In this document: in pieces, positions 26,187 through 33,404 of the stretch | Layout: every line of letters begins with the position of its first letter | Numbering within the stretch: position 1 is the stretch's first letter | Virus record (IMG/VR): IMGVR_UViG_3300038809_000043 | Coordinates: 1 to 38,125 of that record | Direction: 5' to 3' (one strand) | Source of the DNA: a virus | Lineage: Duplodnaviria > Caudoviricetes | Length of the DNA stretch: 38,125 nt | The notes under the pieces: model-generated | Told to the model about the DNA's origin: nothing | Seen by the model: only the letters and a program-made list of their open reading frames with translations | Databases searched by the model: none | Program-made: the position numbers and the translations under genes

Positions 26187-26539
26187 GTCGGCATCCCCAG
26201 CGCCTTTGCCAGTTCGGCGAAGCGCTTCTTCATTGCGGGAGAATCAGGGTCAGCAGGGAGCGGCTGCTTCGTGAGCGCAAGTTGCTCTCGCGGCGGAATC
26301 ACTTCGAAGAAGTCAGCCGGAGCAGGCCACTGTCGTCGCGTCTGGCTCAGCTTCACGAACGCTTTTCGGAACCGGGGGGCATCGAACTCCTGCTCCCAAA
26401 CCTTGTCGTCAGTCAGGGCATCAACCCACATAGCGGCGGTCCCTTGGATCATGTCCATCGCCGGGGTCCGATCCAGGCCCAAGCAAAGCAACCGGCTCAG
26501 GCCATCCAGAATCTCGTTGTGGATCCATTCGTTGTGCAT
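26183..26539 (-). CDS. replication accessory protein (lambda P position, possible helicase loader)
   Basis: Follows initiator; WPAPADF motif. Confidence 0.55.
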   Translation of the reverse strand: MHNEWIHNEILDGLSRLLCLGLDRTPAMDMIQGTAAMWVDALTDDKVWEQEFDAPRFRKAFVKLSQTRRQWPAPADFFEVIPPREQLALTKQPLPADPDSPAMKKRFAELAKALGMPT

Positions 26540-27290
26540 TGGGTTTCAGGCTCTGTAGGAGTTCGACGCCAGCTCTGGTCTTGCTGGGCTGCTGGGCACT
26601 GGGAGGAACCGATTGAGGCCCTCCCCGCTCGTTCGGTTTCAGCCATTCCGCCTGGAGGCCCTGCGATCCCCTCGCGCACCACACCTGCAGGAACTGGGTC
26701 AGCGTGAGGTTGGCTTTTCGGGCTTCTCGGCGCGCTTGGTCCAGCACCGTCTCCGTGACTGGGGCCTTCTTCGCCTTGCGCAGCGCCAGCCAGTCGCTCC
26801 ACGTCTGCGGATCGACGTCATCCGGGCAAGCGGGGGCGGCAGCGCGCTTGCGCGCCTTCTCTACTGAACGAAGTGAAGTAGAGATATTGGTGTCTGGTGT
26901 CTGGAGAGCATTGCCTTCGCTATGCGTTCGCATTGCGTTCGCATTGCGTTCGCTATCCGATGGCATTGCATCCCTGTTCCAGCGGGCCGCAGCACTGGCC
27001 CGAGCCTTGTCCTGCTTGGCCTGATAGCGCTCAATCTCTTCGTCAGCACGCTTGTTGTGCCAGCCGGTGTCCTTCAGGGTGAAGAACTCTTCCAGCACTG
27101 CCTGGACCGCCTCCAGCTCTTCCTGAGAGCGAGCGCCAGCCAAGCGGGCAACCTGCTTCACATCGGCAGGCAACGCCTCTTCCTGCAGGTAGTACCGGCG
27201 CAGGAGGCGGCTGTAGATGGCGTCCTCGATCAGCGACAGGTGCGCCGTCGCTGCTGCGTAGTCGCCGAGGTGGAGCTCAAAATAGTTCAT
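26421..27290 (-). CDS. replication initiator, DUF1376/YdaU family
   Basis: MNYFELHLGDY...HLSLIEDAIYSRLL..YY, WHNKRADEEI, WSDWLALRKAKKAPVT; contains internal iterons. Confidence 0.85.
   Translation of the reverse strand: MNYFELHLGDYAAATAHLSLIEDAIYSRLLRRYYLQEEALPADVKQVARLAGARSQEELEAVQAVLEEFFTLKDTGWHNKRADEEIERYQAKQDKARASAAARWNRDAMPSDSERNANAMRTHSEGNALQTPDTNISTSLRSVEKARKRAAAPACPDDVDPQTWSDWLALRKAKKAPVTETVLDQARREARKANLTLTQFLQVWCARGSQGLQAEWLKPNERGGPQSVPPSAQQPSKTRAGVELLQSLKPNAQRMDPQRDSGWPEPVALLGPGSDPGDGHDPRDRRYVG
26912..26953. repeat. iteron array, probable replication origin
   Basis: TGC(C/G)TTCGC at 26912, 26923, 26934, 26945 (11-bp period) inside initiator; TGGTGTC doublet at ~26888-26901. Confidence 0.7.
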
Positions 27291-27293
27291 GGC

Positions 27294-27605
27294 TCAGGCG
27301 GCCTTCGGACCTTCGTCACTGCTGATCGGGAACCACGTGCATCCGCTGCGGCCGTTGCTGGCCGAGCACTTGCGGACCATCCCGCGCCGAATGAGGCCCT
27401 GCTTTTCCAGCTCGGGCAGACGACGGGCCAACATGAAGCGATCCAGCCCAGTGGCACGGGCCAGTTCCAGGCTGGTGAGGCCCGGGTACTTGCTAACCGC
27501 CGAAGCGGCCTGCGAGTGCTGCTGAGCCTGAGCGCCAGACGACACGATGTGCGCGGCGGCTTCGTGGCTGCTGCTGGGATCGGTGTAGCGAGCTGGATGG
27601 TTCAT
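27294..27605 (-). CDS. winged-helix DNA-binding protein
   Basis: ARYTDPSSSHEAA, GLTSLELARATGLDRFMLARRLPELEKQGLI. Confidence 0.75.
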   Translation of the reverse strand: MNHPARYTDPSSSHEAAAHIVSSGAQAQQHSQAASAVSKYPGLTSLELARATGLDRFMLARRLPELEKQGLIRRGMVRKCSASNGRSGCTWFPISSDEGPKAA

Positions 27606-27614
27606 GTGGATTCC

Positions 27615-27749
27615 TCAGCCCTTGATTGGGCGGGCGTGGAGCGGGATGACGCGATCAGCGCGGGCCTTATCGGCACCCCGCTGCAACCAGCCGGGGTTGT
27701 TGTGCCGCCAGGGGTGAAGTGGCTTCTTCTTAGGGTTCGGTGCGGTCAC
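27615..27749 (-). CDS. small basic peptide (44 aa, MTAPNPKKKPLHPWRH...)
   Basis: Hand-translated GTG ORF that fills the gap; HPWR motif. Confidence 0.4.
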   Translation of the reverse strand: MTAPNPKKKPLHPWRHNNPGWLQRGADKARADRVIPLHARPIKG

Positions 27750-27918
27750 GCTTCAGTCCCTCAAAGTTCACTACGGAGCCCTGCTGGGCTGGGAGCCGGT
27801 AGCGCCGGTCAAGCTCGGCACGGGCGGCGTGGATCAGTGCTTCATGCAGTGGAAGCCCTTGGGCCTCCGCGTATTCCTCAAGCCTTCGGCGCTCATCGCG
27901 CGACAGCTGTATTTCCAT
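27730..27918 (-). CDS. small ribbon-helix-helix-like protein
   Basis: GGGGAGG SD; IQLSRDERRRLEEYAEAQG. Confidence 0.55.
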   Translation of the reverse strand: MEIQLSRDERRRLEEYAEAQGLPLHEALIHAARAELDRRYRLPAQQGSVVNFEGLKRDRTEP

Positions 27919-27947
27919 AGGCCCTCCCCGGGGACTTGTATGGACCT

Positions 27948-28133
27948 TCAGGCGGCATCGCGGTCGGAGCTACGCTGTTCGAGAGAAGCAATCCCAGCCA
28001 GAACCAGCTCCCGCACGAACACTGCGGGCTGACGACCGTTGAAGTTGGCGAGAGCCTCGATCACTGCCTTTTCCGAATCGTTGAAACGGACCTTGATCGG
28101 GTTGTCGCGGAGGTGTGTGGGGTCTGCGTACAT
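27948..28133 (-). CDS. small regulator at cII position (RHH-like)
   Basis: MYADPTHLRDNPIKVRFND...RQPAVFVRELV. Confidence 0.65.
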   Translation of the reverse strand: MYADPTHLRDNPIKVRFNDSEKAVIEALANFNGRQPAVFVRELVLAGIASLEQRSSDRDAA

Positions 28134-28169
28134 AGATGGAGCCTTGTCAGTGATGGGTACTTACTTAGC

Positions 28170-28228
28170 CCCTGCCCCCGCCGTAGCATTGGAGTTGCGA
28201 CACAACCTCAACTACGACGGAGACAGGG
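28170..28228 (-). other. long RNA hairpin
   Basis: 17-bp arms 28170-28186 and 28212-28228; all three DNA mismatches become G-U pairs on the minus-strand RNA; inner GTTG/CAAC stem. Confidence 0.65.
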
Positions 28229-28405
28229 ATGAACAAAGAACAAGAAGGTCAGCTGATTGCTTGGGAGGCCATCGCTCGGCAGGCGCTGACGTACCTATCG
28301 AGCGAACAGAAACTGGAACTCATTCGTTTCGTTGGGCCGACCTGCTCTCGTCGGGAGCCGGATATCGCTGCGGCTGCGACGAAGGTTCTTCAGCAGGTTC
28401 GCTAA
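28229..28405 (+). CDS. counter-oriented small protein (58 aa, MNKEQEGQLIAWEAIARQ...)
   Basis: Not in ORF track; GGAGACAGGG SD; amphipathic helical sequence; candidate -10 TAGCAT at 28184. Confidence 0.5.
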   Translation: MNKEQEGQLIAWEAIARQALTYLSSEQKLELIRFVGPTCSRREPDIAAAATKVLQQVR

Positions 28406-28574
28406 GCACCGAGGCAGCAATTGCCTTCTGCCTGACCAGCGCTGCATTCAACTGCTCGCTGGTCAGGATTCCAGCGTCGATCAGCGCCCCCTTCAGGGCA
28501 CCAATCTCAACGCTGATCTCGTTGATTTCGCCTTGCAGCCAAGGCAGAAGCCTCATGTATGCATCAGGCAGCAC
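28320..28574 (-). CDS. hypothetical protein downstream of cro
   Basis: ALKGALIDAGILTSEQL; overlaps cro stop. Confidence 0.45.
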   Translation of the reverse strand: MLPDAYMRLLPWLQGEINEISVEIGALKGALIDAGILTSEQLNAALVRQKAIAASVLSEPAEEPSSQPQRYPAPDESRSAQRNE

Positions 28575-28836
28575 GGCGGGCCCCCTTCTTCTTGGGCGCC
28601 GGGTCTTCCTTCGGGAGCACGTTGGCCTTGACGGGCATGGACTGAACCCAGATCAAAACGCTCTCATCCAGGCTCTTGTCCGCAGCAGCCATGCGCTTGG
28701 CGAGAACTCGGCCAATGCCTCGGCTTCCATTGCAGATGCCTGCGATGGTCGAGTACGGGATGTCCAAAGCGGCAGCGGTACGAGCCGCACCGCCCTGTCG
28801 CTTTACGTACTTGTTCCAGTAGGTGCGAGGTGTCAT
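28564..28836 (-). CDS. cro: Cro-like HTH repressor
   Basis: GGAARTAAALDIPYSTIAGICNGSR HTH; divergent from cI across operators; start ATG 28836. Confidence 0.75.
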   Translation of the reverse strand: MTPRTYWNKYVKRQGGAARTAAALDIPYSTIAGICNGSRGIGRVLAKRMAAADKSLDESVLIWVQSMPVKANVLPKEDPAPKKKGARRAA

Positions 28837-28843
28837 GTCTAGC

Positions 28844-28895
28844 CTATGCGTTACGCGTAGTGTCAGAGTATGCATAGCGCATAGCCGCTGTGCAA
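28844..28895 (-). promoter_or_regulatory. OR operators and PR promoter
   Basis: 17-bp palindromes CTATGCG-TTA-CGCGTAG (28844-28860) and GTATGCA-TAG-CGCATAG (28868-28884); minus-strand TTGCAC-17 nt-CATACT. Confidence 0.75.
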
Positions 28896-28923
28896 GCACT
28901 TTCTCTAGGCTGTGTCTCAGCCT

Positions 28924-29253
28924 ATGAGTACGCTATCCGTCAATCTCACAGCCCGTAGAGAATCACTCGGGCTGAACATCCCCCAGATACACGCAGCGCT
29001 TACGTTGCGTGGGGTGTCTGTCGCCGAATCGACCGTCTACGGCTGGTTCAACGGGAGCAGGGGGGTAAGGAAGATGGAGCACTTAAAAGCGCTATGTGAG
29101 GTCCTGCAGACGGACCTGAACAGCCTGACTGGCGATGAGGTAGAGGTGGCTGAAGGCCCCCTCCCAGCTTCTATTGTCCGTGAGCTAGCAGGCCTCAGTG
29201 AGGTGCAGCAGCAGGCTGTCCTAGCAACCATCAAAGCCATGAAGACAGGGTGA
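28924..29253 (+). CDS. cI: CI-like XRE HTH repressor lacking S24 peptidase domain
   Basis: RRESLGL...VAESTVYGWFNGSR...LKALCEVLQTDLNSL; 109 aa (GTG 28912 is an alternative start). Confidence 0.75.
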   Translation: MSTLSVNLTARRESLGLNIPQIHAALTLRGVSVAESTVYGWFNGSRGVRKMEHLKALCEVLQTDLNSLTGDEVEVAEGPLPASIVRELAGLSEVQQQAVLATIKAMKTG

Positions 29254-29256
29254 CCC

Positions 29257-29481
29257 ATGTTCGCGGCTATCACCTCGATGGATTGGAAGATTGCAGGAAT
29301 TGCTGCAGTAGCTCTTTATGCGATATGGGTCGCAAACAGAGCCCTTGAAGAGTGCTCCAGGCTTCGCCGAGAGCTGAACGCTGCGAAGCAATGGACTGGC
29401 GAAATTGATCGCCGGGAGACGTTTCACTCCGATGAGCTGCACGATCGCGTGAAAGAGCTAGAGCGCAAAACTGGATCTTGA
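29257..29481 (+). CDS. small membrane protein downstream of cI
   Basis: One TM helix plus short coiled coil. Confidence 0.6.
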   Translation: MFAAITSMDWKIAGIAAVALYAIWVANRALEECSRLRRELNAAKQWTGEIDRRETFHSDELHDRVKELERKTGS

Positions 29482-29543
29482 ATCGCTGGCCTGATCCGGG
29501 GCGGCAGGCCAGGAGATTTAGCCCCTACTCAAGGATCGATCTC

Positions 29544-29867
29544 ATGAAAAGGGCACTCTTTACGGCAATCGGGCTGTCACTAGCCTTGGTTGCAGGCACC
29601 GCTTCAGCCCAGGACTACGTTAACGGGCACTATCGGGCTGACGGCACATATGTGAATGGACACTACCGGACTGGGTCCAACAGCACCAAGCTGGACAACT
29701 ATTCCACCCGTGGCAACACGAACCCATATACAGGGCAGGCCGGGACTGTAGACCCCTACAAGCCGACACAGCGGAACCCCTACGGCTCGCCTTACAACCA
29801 GCCGCGTCAGAGGAGCTATCCGCAGCCGTATGGCGGTAGCCAGAGGCGGTCAAGTTACGGCCATTGA
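29544..29867 (+). CDS. exported protein with repeated YVNGHYR motif
   Basis: Signal peptide ending ASA-Q; DYVNGHYRADGTYVNGHYRT...DNYSTRGNTNPYTG; AAGGA SD. Confidence 0.75.
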   Translation: MKRALFTAIGLSLALVAGTASAQDYVNGHYRADGTYVNGHYRTGSNSTKLDNYSTRGNTNPYTGQAGTVDPYKPTQRNPYGSPYNQPRQRSYPQPYGGSQRRSSYGH

Positions 29868-29874
29868 GCAACCG

Positions 29875-29899
29875 ACCCCGCTCCGGCGGGGTTTTCTTT
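29875..29899 (+). terminator. Rho-independent terminator of cI operon
   Basis: ACCCCGC-TCCG-GCGGGGT-TTTCTTT. Confidence 0.8.
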
Positions 29900-29933
29900 G
29901 CCTACGAGGCAAGCCTGAACGCCAATTAAACAA

Positions 29934-29997
29934 CTACGCATAGTGAGCAATTCACTACGCGCTACGCATTGACGGCATCCTACGCATAGCGCATAGT
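29934..29997 (+). promoter_or_regulatory. OL operators and PL promoter
   Basis: CTACGCG-CTA-CGCATTG (29955-29971), CTACGCA-TAG-CGCATAG (29980-29996), half site CTACGCA-TAG at 29934; TTGACG-17 nt-CATAGT. Confidence 0.8.
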
Positions 29998-30052
29998 CTT
30001 CTCCAACGCCCCACACCACCCATCCGGGACCAGGGGCTAGGAGACGAAGGCA

Positions 30053-30256
30053 GTGGACAAGACCTTTGAAGTTGAGCTGGCTCAGGTGTCGGAAAGCAAC
30101 GCATACCGCTGTGTTGCACACATTGAACGTCAGGAAGACGTTGTAGCGCTCTCGATCATCACTGGATCGGCCTACTACGTCTGGCGCCTCCTCCCCTCCG
30201 AAGCCGTGACCATCGGCGAGCAGCTGATCGCTGCTGGTAAGGCGGGTGAGGTATGA
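30053..30256 (+). CDS. hypothetical early protein
   Basis: First ORF after PL; GTG start. Confidence 0.55.
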   Translation: MDKTFEVELAQVSESNAYRCVAHIERQEDVVALSIITGSAYYVWRLLPSEAVTIGEQLIAAGKAGEV

Positions 30257-30513
30257 GCGCTCACACGCCGGGGCCATGGAGCGTTGAGGATGACACGCCG
30301 TTCTCGCTGTGGGTCAGCTGCCCGGATGGAAAAAACCCGCTCCACCAAAACAGGCTCAACCGGGATCGGCTCGCCAACGCGCGCTTGATGGCCGCTGCAC
30401 CCGAGCTGCTAGAAGCGCTGGAAAGCATCGTGGCGTCCAGCGCGCTGACAGATACCCAGCTGTGGGCCGATGCCCGCGATGCCGTTGCGAAGGCAAAGGG
30501 CGGTGCCTTATGA
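30253..30513 (+). CDS. phage early protein, HTPGPW...ANARLxAAAPE family (copy 1)
   Basis: Motifs seen directly; ATGA overlaps. Confidence 0.75.
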   Translation: MSAHTPGPWSVEDDTPFSLWVSCPDGKNPLHQNRLNRDRLANARLMAAAPELLEALESIVASSALTDTQLWADARDAVAKAKGGAL

Positions 30514-30881
30514 GCGCGGACTGGCACATTTCCCGCCGCGACGCGGAAGACGACTACGAGGACGCCCGCGAGGTCTACATCGCCGAGCGCTCTGCCGAGC
30601 TTCTGGCTGAGTACCAGCGTGACGACGACAAGGTCACGGAAGCCGTCAAGGAGTTCATGTCCTACGGCGACGGCGAGGACCACATCCGCGCTACCTGGGT
30701 TTTCCTCTGCTCCTACCGCAACACAGAGACAGATCGCGGCATTGCCGACGCGGCAAATGCACTGGCGACTGACCTGCAGTCCTACATCAACCCGATCTTG
30801 CGCGAGTGGGCCGAGGACAAGGCCCGCGAGGAATTGGCGCAGAACGAGACCAACCAATCCGAAGCGAGGAGCGCGGCATGA
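30510..30881 (+). CDS. acidic hypothetical protein (123 aa)
   Basis: ATG 30510 overlapping upstream stop. Confidence 0.65.
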   Translation: MSADWHISRRDAEDDYEDAREVYIAERSAELLAEYQRDDDKVTEAVKEFMSYGDGEDHIRATWVFLCSYRNTETDRGIADAANALATDLQSYINPILREWAEDKAREELAQNETNQSEARSAA

Positions 30882-31099
30882 ACGCTCAGATCATTCCTCT
30901 GTACAGCCAGCCACTGAACCCCACGGAGCGCCACGACATCAGCGTGGTGCGTGGTCTGGCGAAGCGGCATGGATGGGGCGTGTCAGTTGTCCGCGCCTTC
31001 ATCCAGCACGGCTGCCAGCGTAGCGAGATGAACGACCTTGCTGAGGCAGCACGCCGCCAGCGCATGAACCAGGGCCACGGGCCGAAGGGGGTTGCGTGA
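30878..31099 (+). CDS. hypothetical protein (73 aa)
   Basis: GAGGAG SD, ATGA overlap. Confidence 0.6.
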   Translation: MNAQIIPLYSQPLNPTERHDISVVRGLAKRHGWGVSVVRAFIQHGCQRSEMNDLAEAARRQRMNQGHGPKGVA

Positions 31100-31311
31100 T
31101 GGAGGCAATGGTCCGCCTGATTTTCCTCGCTGCCGGTATCTCTGTGGTCTTGTACGCAGTCATTCCAGCGGCAGAGGCCGTGGCCACCTCAGAGTGGATG
31201 AAGTACGCGCTGATTGTCATTTGGGGCGGCATTGCCAGCTGGTACGTCGCGGGACTTGGTCAGGACGTTATCGACTGGATGCGCTATCGCAACAAGGAGC
31301 GCCGCTCATGA
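31096..31311 (+). CDS. two-TM membrane protein
   Basis: Two hydrophobic segments. Confidence 0.6.
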   Translation: MMEAMVRLIFLAAGISVVLYAVIPAAEAVATSEWMKYALIVIWGGIASWYVAGLGQDVIDWMRYRNKERRS

Positions 31312-31415
31312 CCCGCTTCCTCCGCTCCCCCTACGCCCCGCTGGCAGCAATGGCGCTGATCGCGGCCTACGTGCTGACCAAGCTGGCACTGATCGTTAAT
31401 GGAGTTGTGTCGTGA
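31308..31415 (+). CDS. small hydrophobic peptide (35 aa)
   Basis: AAGGAG SD; ATGA and GTGA overlaps. Confidence 0.5.
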   Translation: MTRFLRSPYAPLAAMALIAAYVLTKLALIVNGVVS

Positions 31416-31600
31416 GTAGAACTTTCAAGATTTGGCTGGATAGCGGGGCGAACATCCACTCATGCCGAAAGGTCACTGTGACCCTGGAACAAATGGGCCT
31501 AAGCGACAAAGAGTTTGACGAAATGGATGAAGAAGAGAAGGACGAAATGTTTAAGGAGTACGCCTTTGAACGGGCCGACTGGGGATGGGCTGAACAATGA
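31412..31600 (+). CDS. acidic hypothetical protein
   Basis: WLDSGANIHS...EYAFERADWGW. Confidence 0.65.
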   Translation: MSRTFKIWLDSGANIHSCRKVTVTLEQMGLSDKEFDEMDEEEKDEMFKEYAFERADWGWAEQ

Positions 31601-31722
31601 CTCCCCTCTCTGAACTCGACCGCCTCTTCCCCGCCATCCCGAAGCCCGATCCGCTGGGCGACGAGGTAGACGCCGACGAGACGAACCATGGACCTTGCGC
31701 ACAGGGGGATTGCGATGAGTAA
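31597..31722 (+). CDS. small acidic peptide (41 aa, MTPLSELDRLFPAIP...)
   Basis: Hand-translated; ATGA overlap; fills the gap. Confidence 0.4.
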   Translation: MTPLSELDRLFPAIPKPDPLGDEVDADETNHGPCAQGDCDE

Positions 31723-32011
31723 GCACACGCCGGGGCCGTGGGAAACGGATCGCGACAACATCCACACGGGACAGATCGCGATCATTCACCACTGCCTAAA
31801 CAACAACTGGGTTGAGGTTTGGTCCCCTAACTGGCCGATAGATGAAGCCGAACAGGAGGCCAACGCCCGCCTGATCGCCGCCGCGCCGGAAATGCTGGAA
31901 GCGCTAAGGGCTGCATGGAACTGCATTCTTGATCTGCCTGGCACGCAGGCGCAGGTAGAAGCGACTGAGCTTGTCTACAACGCCATCGCCAAGGCCACGG
32001 GAGAAGCCTAA
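31715..32011 (+). CDS. phage early protein, HTPGPW...ANARLxAAAPE family (copy 2)
   Basis: MSKHTPGPW...ANARLIAAAPEMLEAL...AIAKATG. Confidence 0.75.
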   Translation: MSKHTPGPWETDRDNIHTGQIAIIHHCLNNNWVEVWSPNWPIDEAEQEANARLIAAAPEMLEALRAAWNCILDLPGTQAQVEATELVYNAIAKATGEA

Positions 32012-32232
32012 TGCGCACCCACTACCTTGTACTGGCTTCGTGCATCGGCCTGATCGTCTTCCTCTGCTGGGCTGCTTGGTTCGTGTACCGCTACGAGGCT
32101 TACGAGATCACGGCCAGTTGCGTGCTTCTCGCCATCTTCGCCGCGATGTTCGCCCACGACGAGCTGCACATCATCCGCAAGAAGCGCAACGACCGATTCA
32201 AGCAGCCGCCCTTCACCACCGGGCGGGGCTGA
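32011..32232 (+). CDS. two-TM membrane protein
   Basis: TAATG overlap; two hydrophobic helices. Confidence 0.6.
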   Translation: MRTHYLVLASCIGLIVFLCWAAWFVYRYEAYEITASCVLLAIFAAMFAHDELHIIRKKRNDRFKQPPFTTGRG

Positions 32233-32239
32233 GTTCTAC

Positions 32240-32368
32240 GGAGGGAATGCGGAGTGGTGATCCGCAGCGAGGCAGTTAGCCGCAGTGAGAGAGCCCGGCC
32301 ATTAGGTTCTGCACGTGACTGGAGCCACTCAGGTCAAAGCCGGAAACGCACCACCGGCCCCTCCACCC
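32240..32368 (+). ncRNA. candidate tRNA-shaped structured RNA
   Basis: Closing stem GGAGGG/CCCTCC, hairpin TGCGGA/TCCGCA, hairpin GCCGG/CCGGC adjacent to the closing stem, further internal stems; intergenic. Confidence 0.5.
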
Positions 32369-32396
32369 AATCCCTGAATCAATCAAGGAATCAGCA

Positions 32397-32609
32397 ATGT
32401 CCAACTCTTCCTCTCCCAGCACTGGCGGCATCAGCTTCGTCGGGCTGCTGACCTTAGTTTTCATCACCTTGAAGCTGACCGGCTTCATCGCCTGGTCATG
32501 GTGGTGGGTGCTGTCTCCGATCTGGATTTCAGCGTCGGTCACCATCGCGATCATCGGGATTGTGCTGATCCTCTCGCTGATCGGCGCGCTGTTCGCATCA
32601 CGGCGATAG
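32397..32609 (+). CDS. small membrane protein (LKLTGxIxWSWWWVLSPIW family)
   Basis: Motif seen directly; AAGGA SD. Confidence 0.75.
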   Translation: MSNSSSPSTGGISFVGLLTLVFITLKLTGFIAWSWWWVLSPIWISASVTIAIIGIVLILSLIGALFASRR

Positions 32610-32621
32610 ACAAATCCCCTG

Positions 32622-32663
32622 CCCTGTCGCTCCCCACGACAGGGACCCGCGCCAGACGGGTCC
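32622..32663 (+). promoter_or_regulatory. tandem hairpins upstream of recombination genes
   Basis: CCCTGTCG-N7-CGACAGGG and GGACCCG-N7-CGGGTCC sharing 2 nt; no U-tail. Confidence 0.5.
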
Positions 32664-32693
32664 GCAAGCTGGCAACTATTCAACGAGGCACAC

Positions 32694-33404
32694 ATGAACG
32701 CAGTAGTCGCTACCCAAAACGATCATCCGGTTCAGACGGTAGCTGAAGGCTCCGCGATTCTGGCCGTCATCTCCCGCGCTGCGTCCGATCCGAACACGGA
32801 CGTGGACAAGATGGAACGCCTGATGGGTATGTATGAGCGAATCGAGAGCCGCCGCGCACAGGCCGAGTTTTCCGCTGATCTGGCCGAGATGCAGGACACA
32901 CTGCCCTCCATCGGTGAGCGTGGCAACGCAGCTGGCCGGTACACCTACGCCCTGTGGGAGGACATTAACGCGGCCATCAAGCCGATCATGAAGCGTTTCG
33001 GCTTCGCCCTATCGTTCCGTACCGACTGCTCCAACGGCGTGAGCGTGACTGGCGTTCTGACCCACCGTAGCGGCCACCGTGAAGAGACGACCATCAACCT
33101 GCCAGCGGACGGTAGCGGCAACAAGAATGCCGTCCAGGCAGTGGCATCCAGCGTCAGCTATGGCAAGCGCTATACCGCGTCTGCCCTACTGAACCTGACC
33201 AGCCACGGCGAGGACGACGACGCGTTTGCATCTGTGACTGGCTTCGATATCAGCGAGTGGGCTGCTGCTATCAACGGTGCGGCTGACAAGACCGTGCTTG
33301 ATCGGATTGGCAATGACCTGCGGTCACAGACCGGCATCCCAGCTCAGGCCTTGAAGAAGATCCGCGCCCTTTGGTCGGCCAAGGCGAAGGAGTTCGCCAA
33401 GTGA
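32694..33404 (+). CDS. erf: ERF-family ssDNA annealing protein
   Basis: YTYALWEDINAAIKPIM, LTHRSGH, NAVQAVASSVSYGKRY, EDDDA. Confidence 0.85.
   Translation: MNAVVATQNDHPVQTVAEGSAILAVISRAASDPNTDVDKMERLMGMYERIESRRAQAEFSADLAEMQDTLPSIGERGNAAGRYTYALWEDINAAIKPIMKRFGFALSFRTDCSNGVSVTGVLTHRSGHREETTINLPADGSGNKNAVQAVASSVSYGKRYTASALLNLTSHGEDDDAFASVTGFDISEWAAAINGAADKTVLDRIGNDLRSQTGIPAQALKKIRALWSAKAKEFAK

Noticed and set aside
28844-29997. Repeated CTAYGC…GCRTAG units considered as a CRISPR-like array
   Set aside because: They are 17-bp palindromes in two clusters overlapping promoters, with no regular spacers and no cas genes; they fit operators
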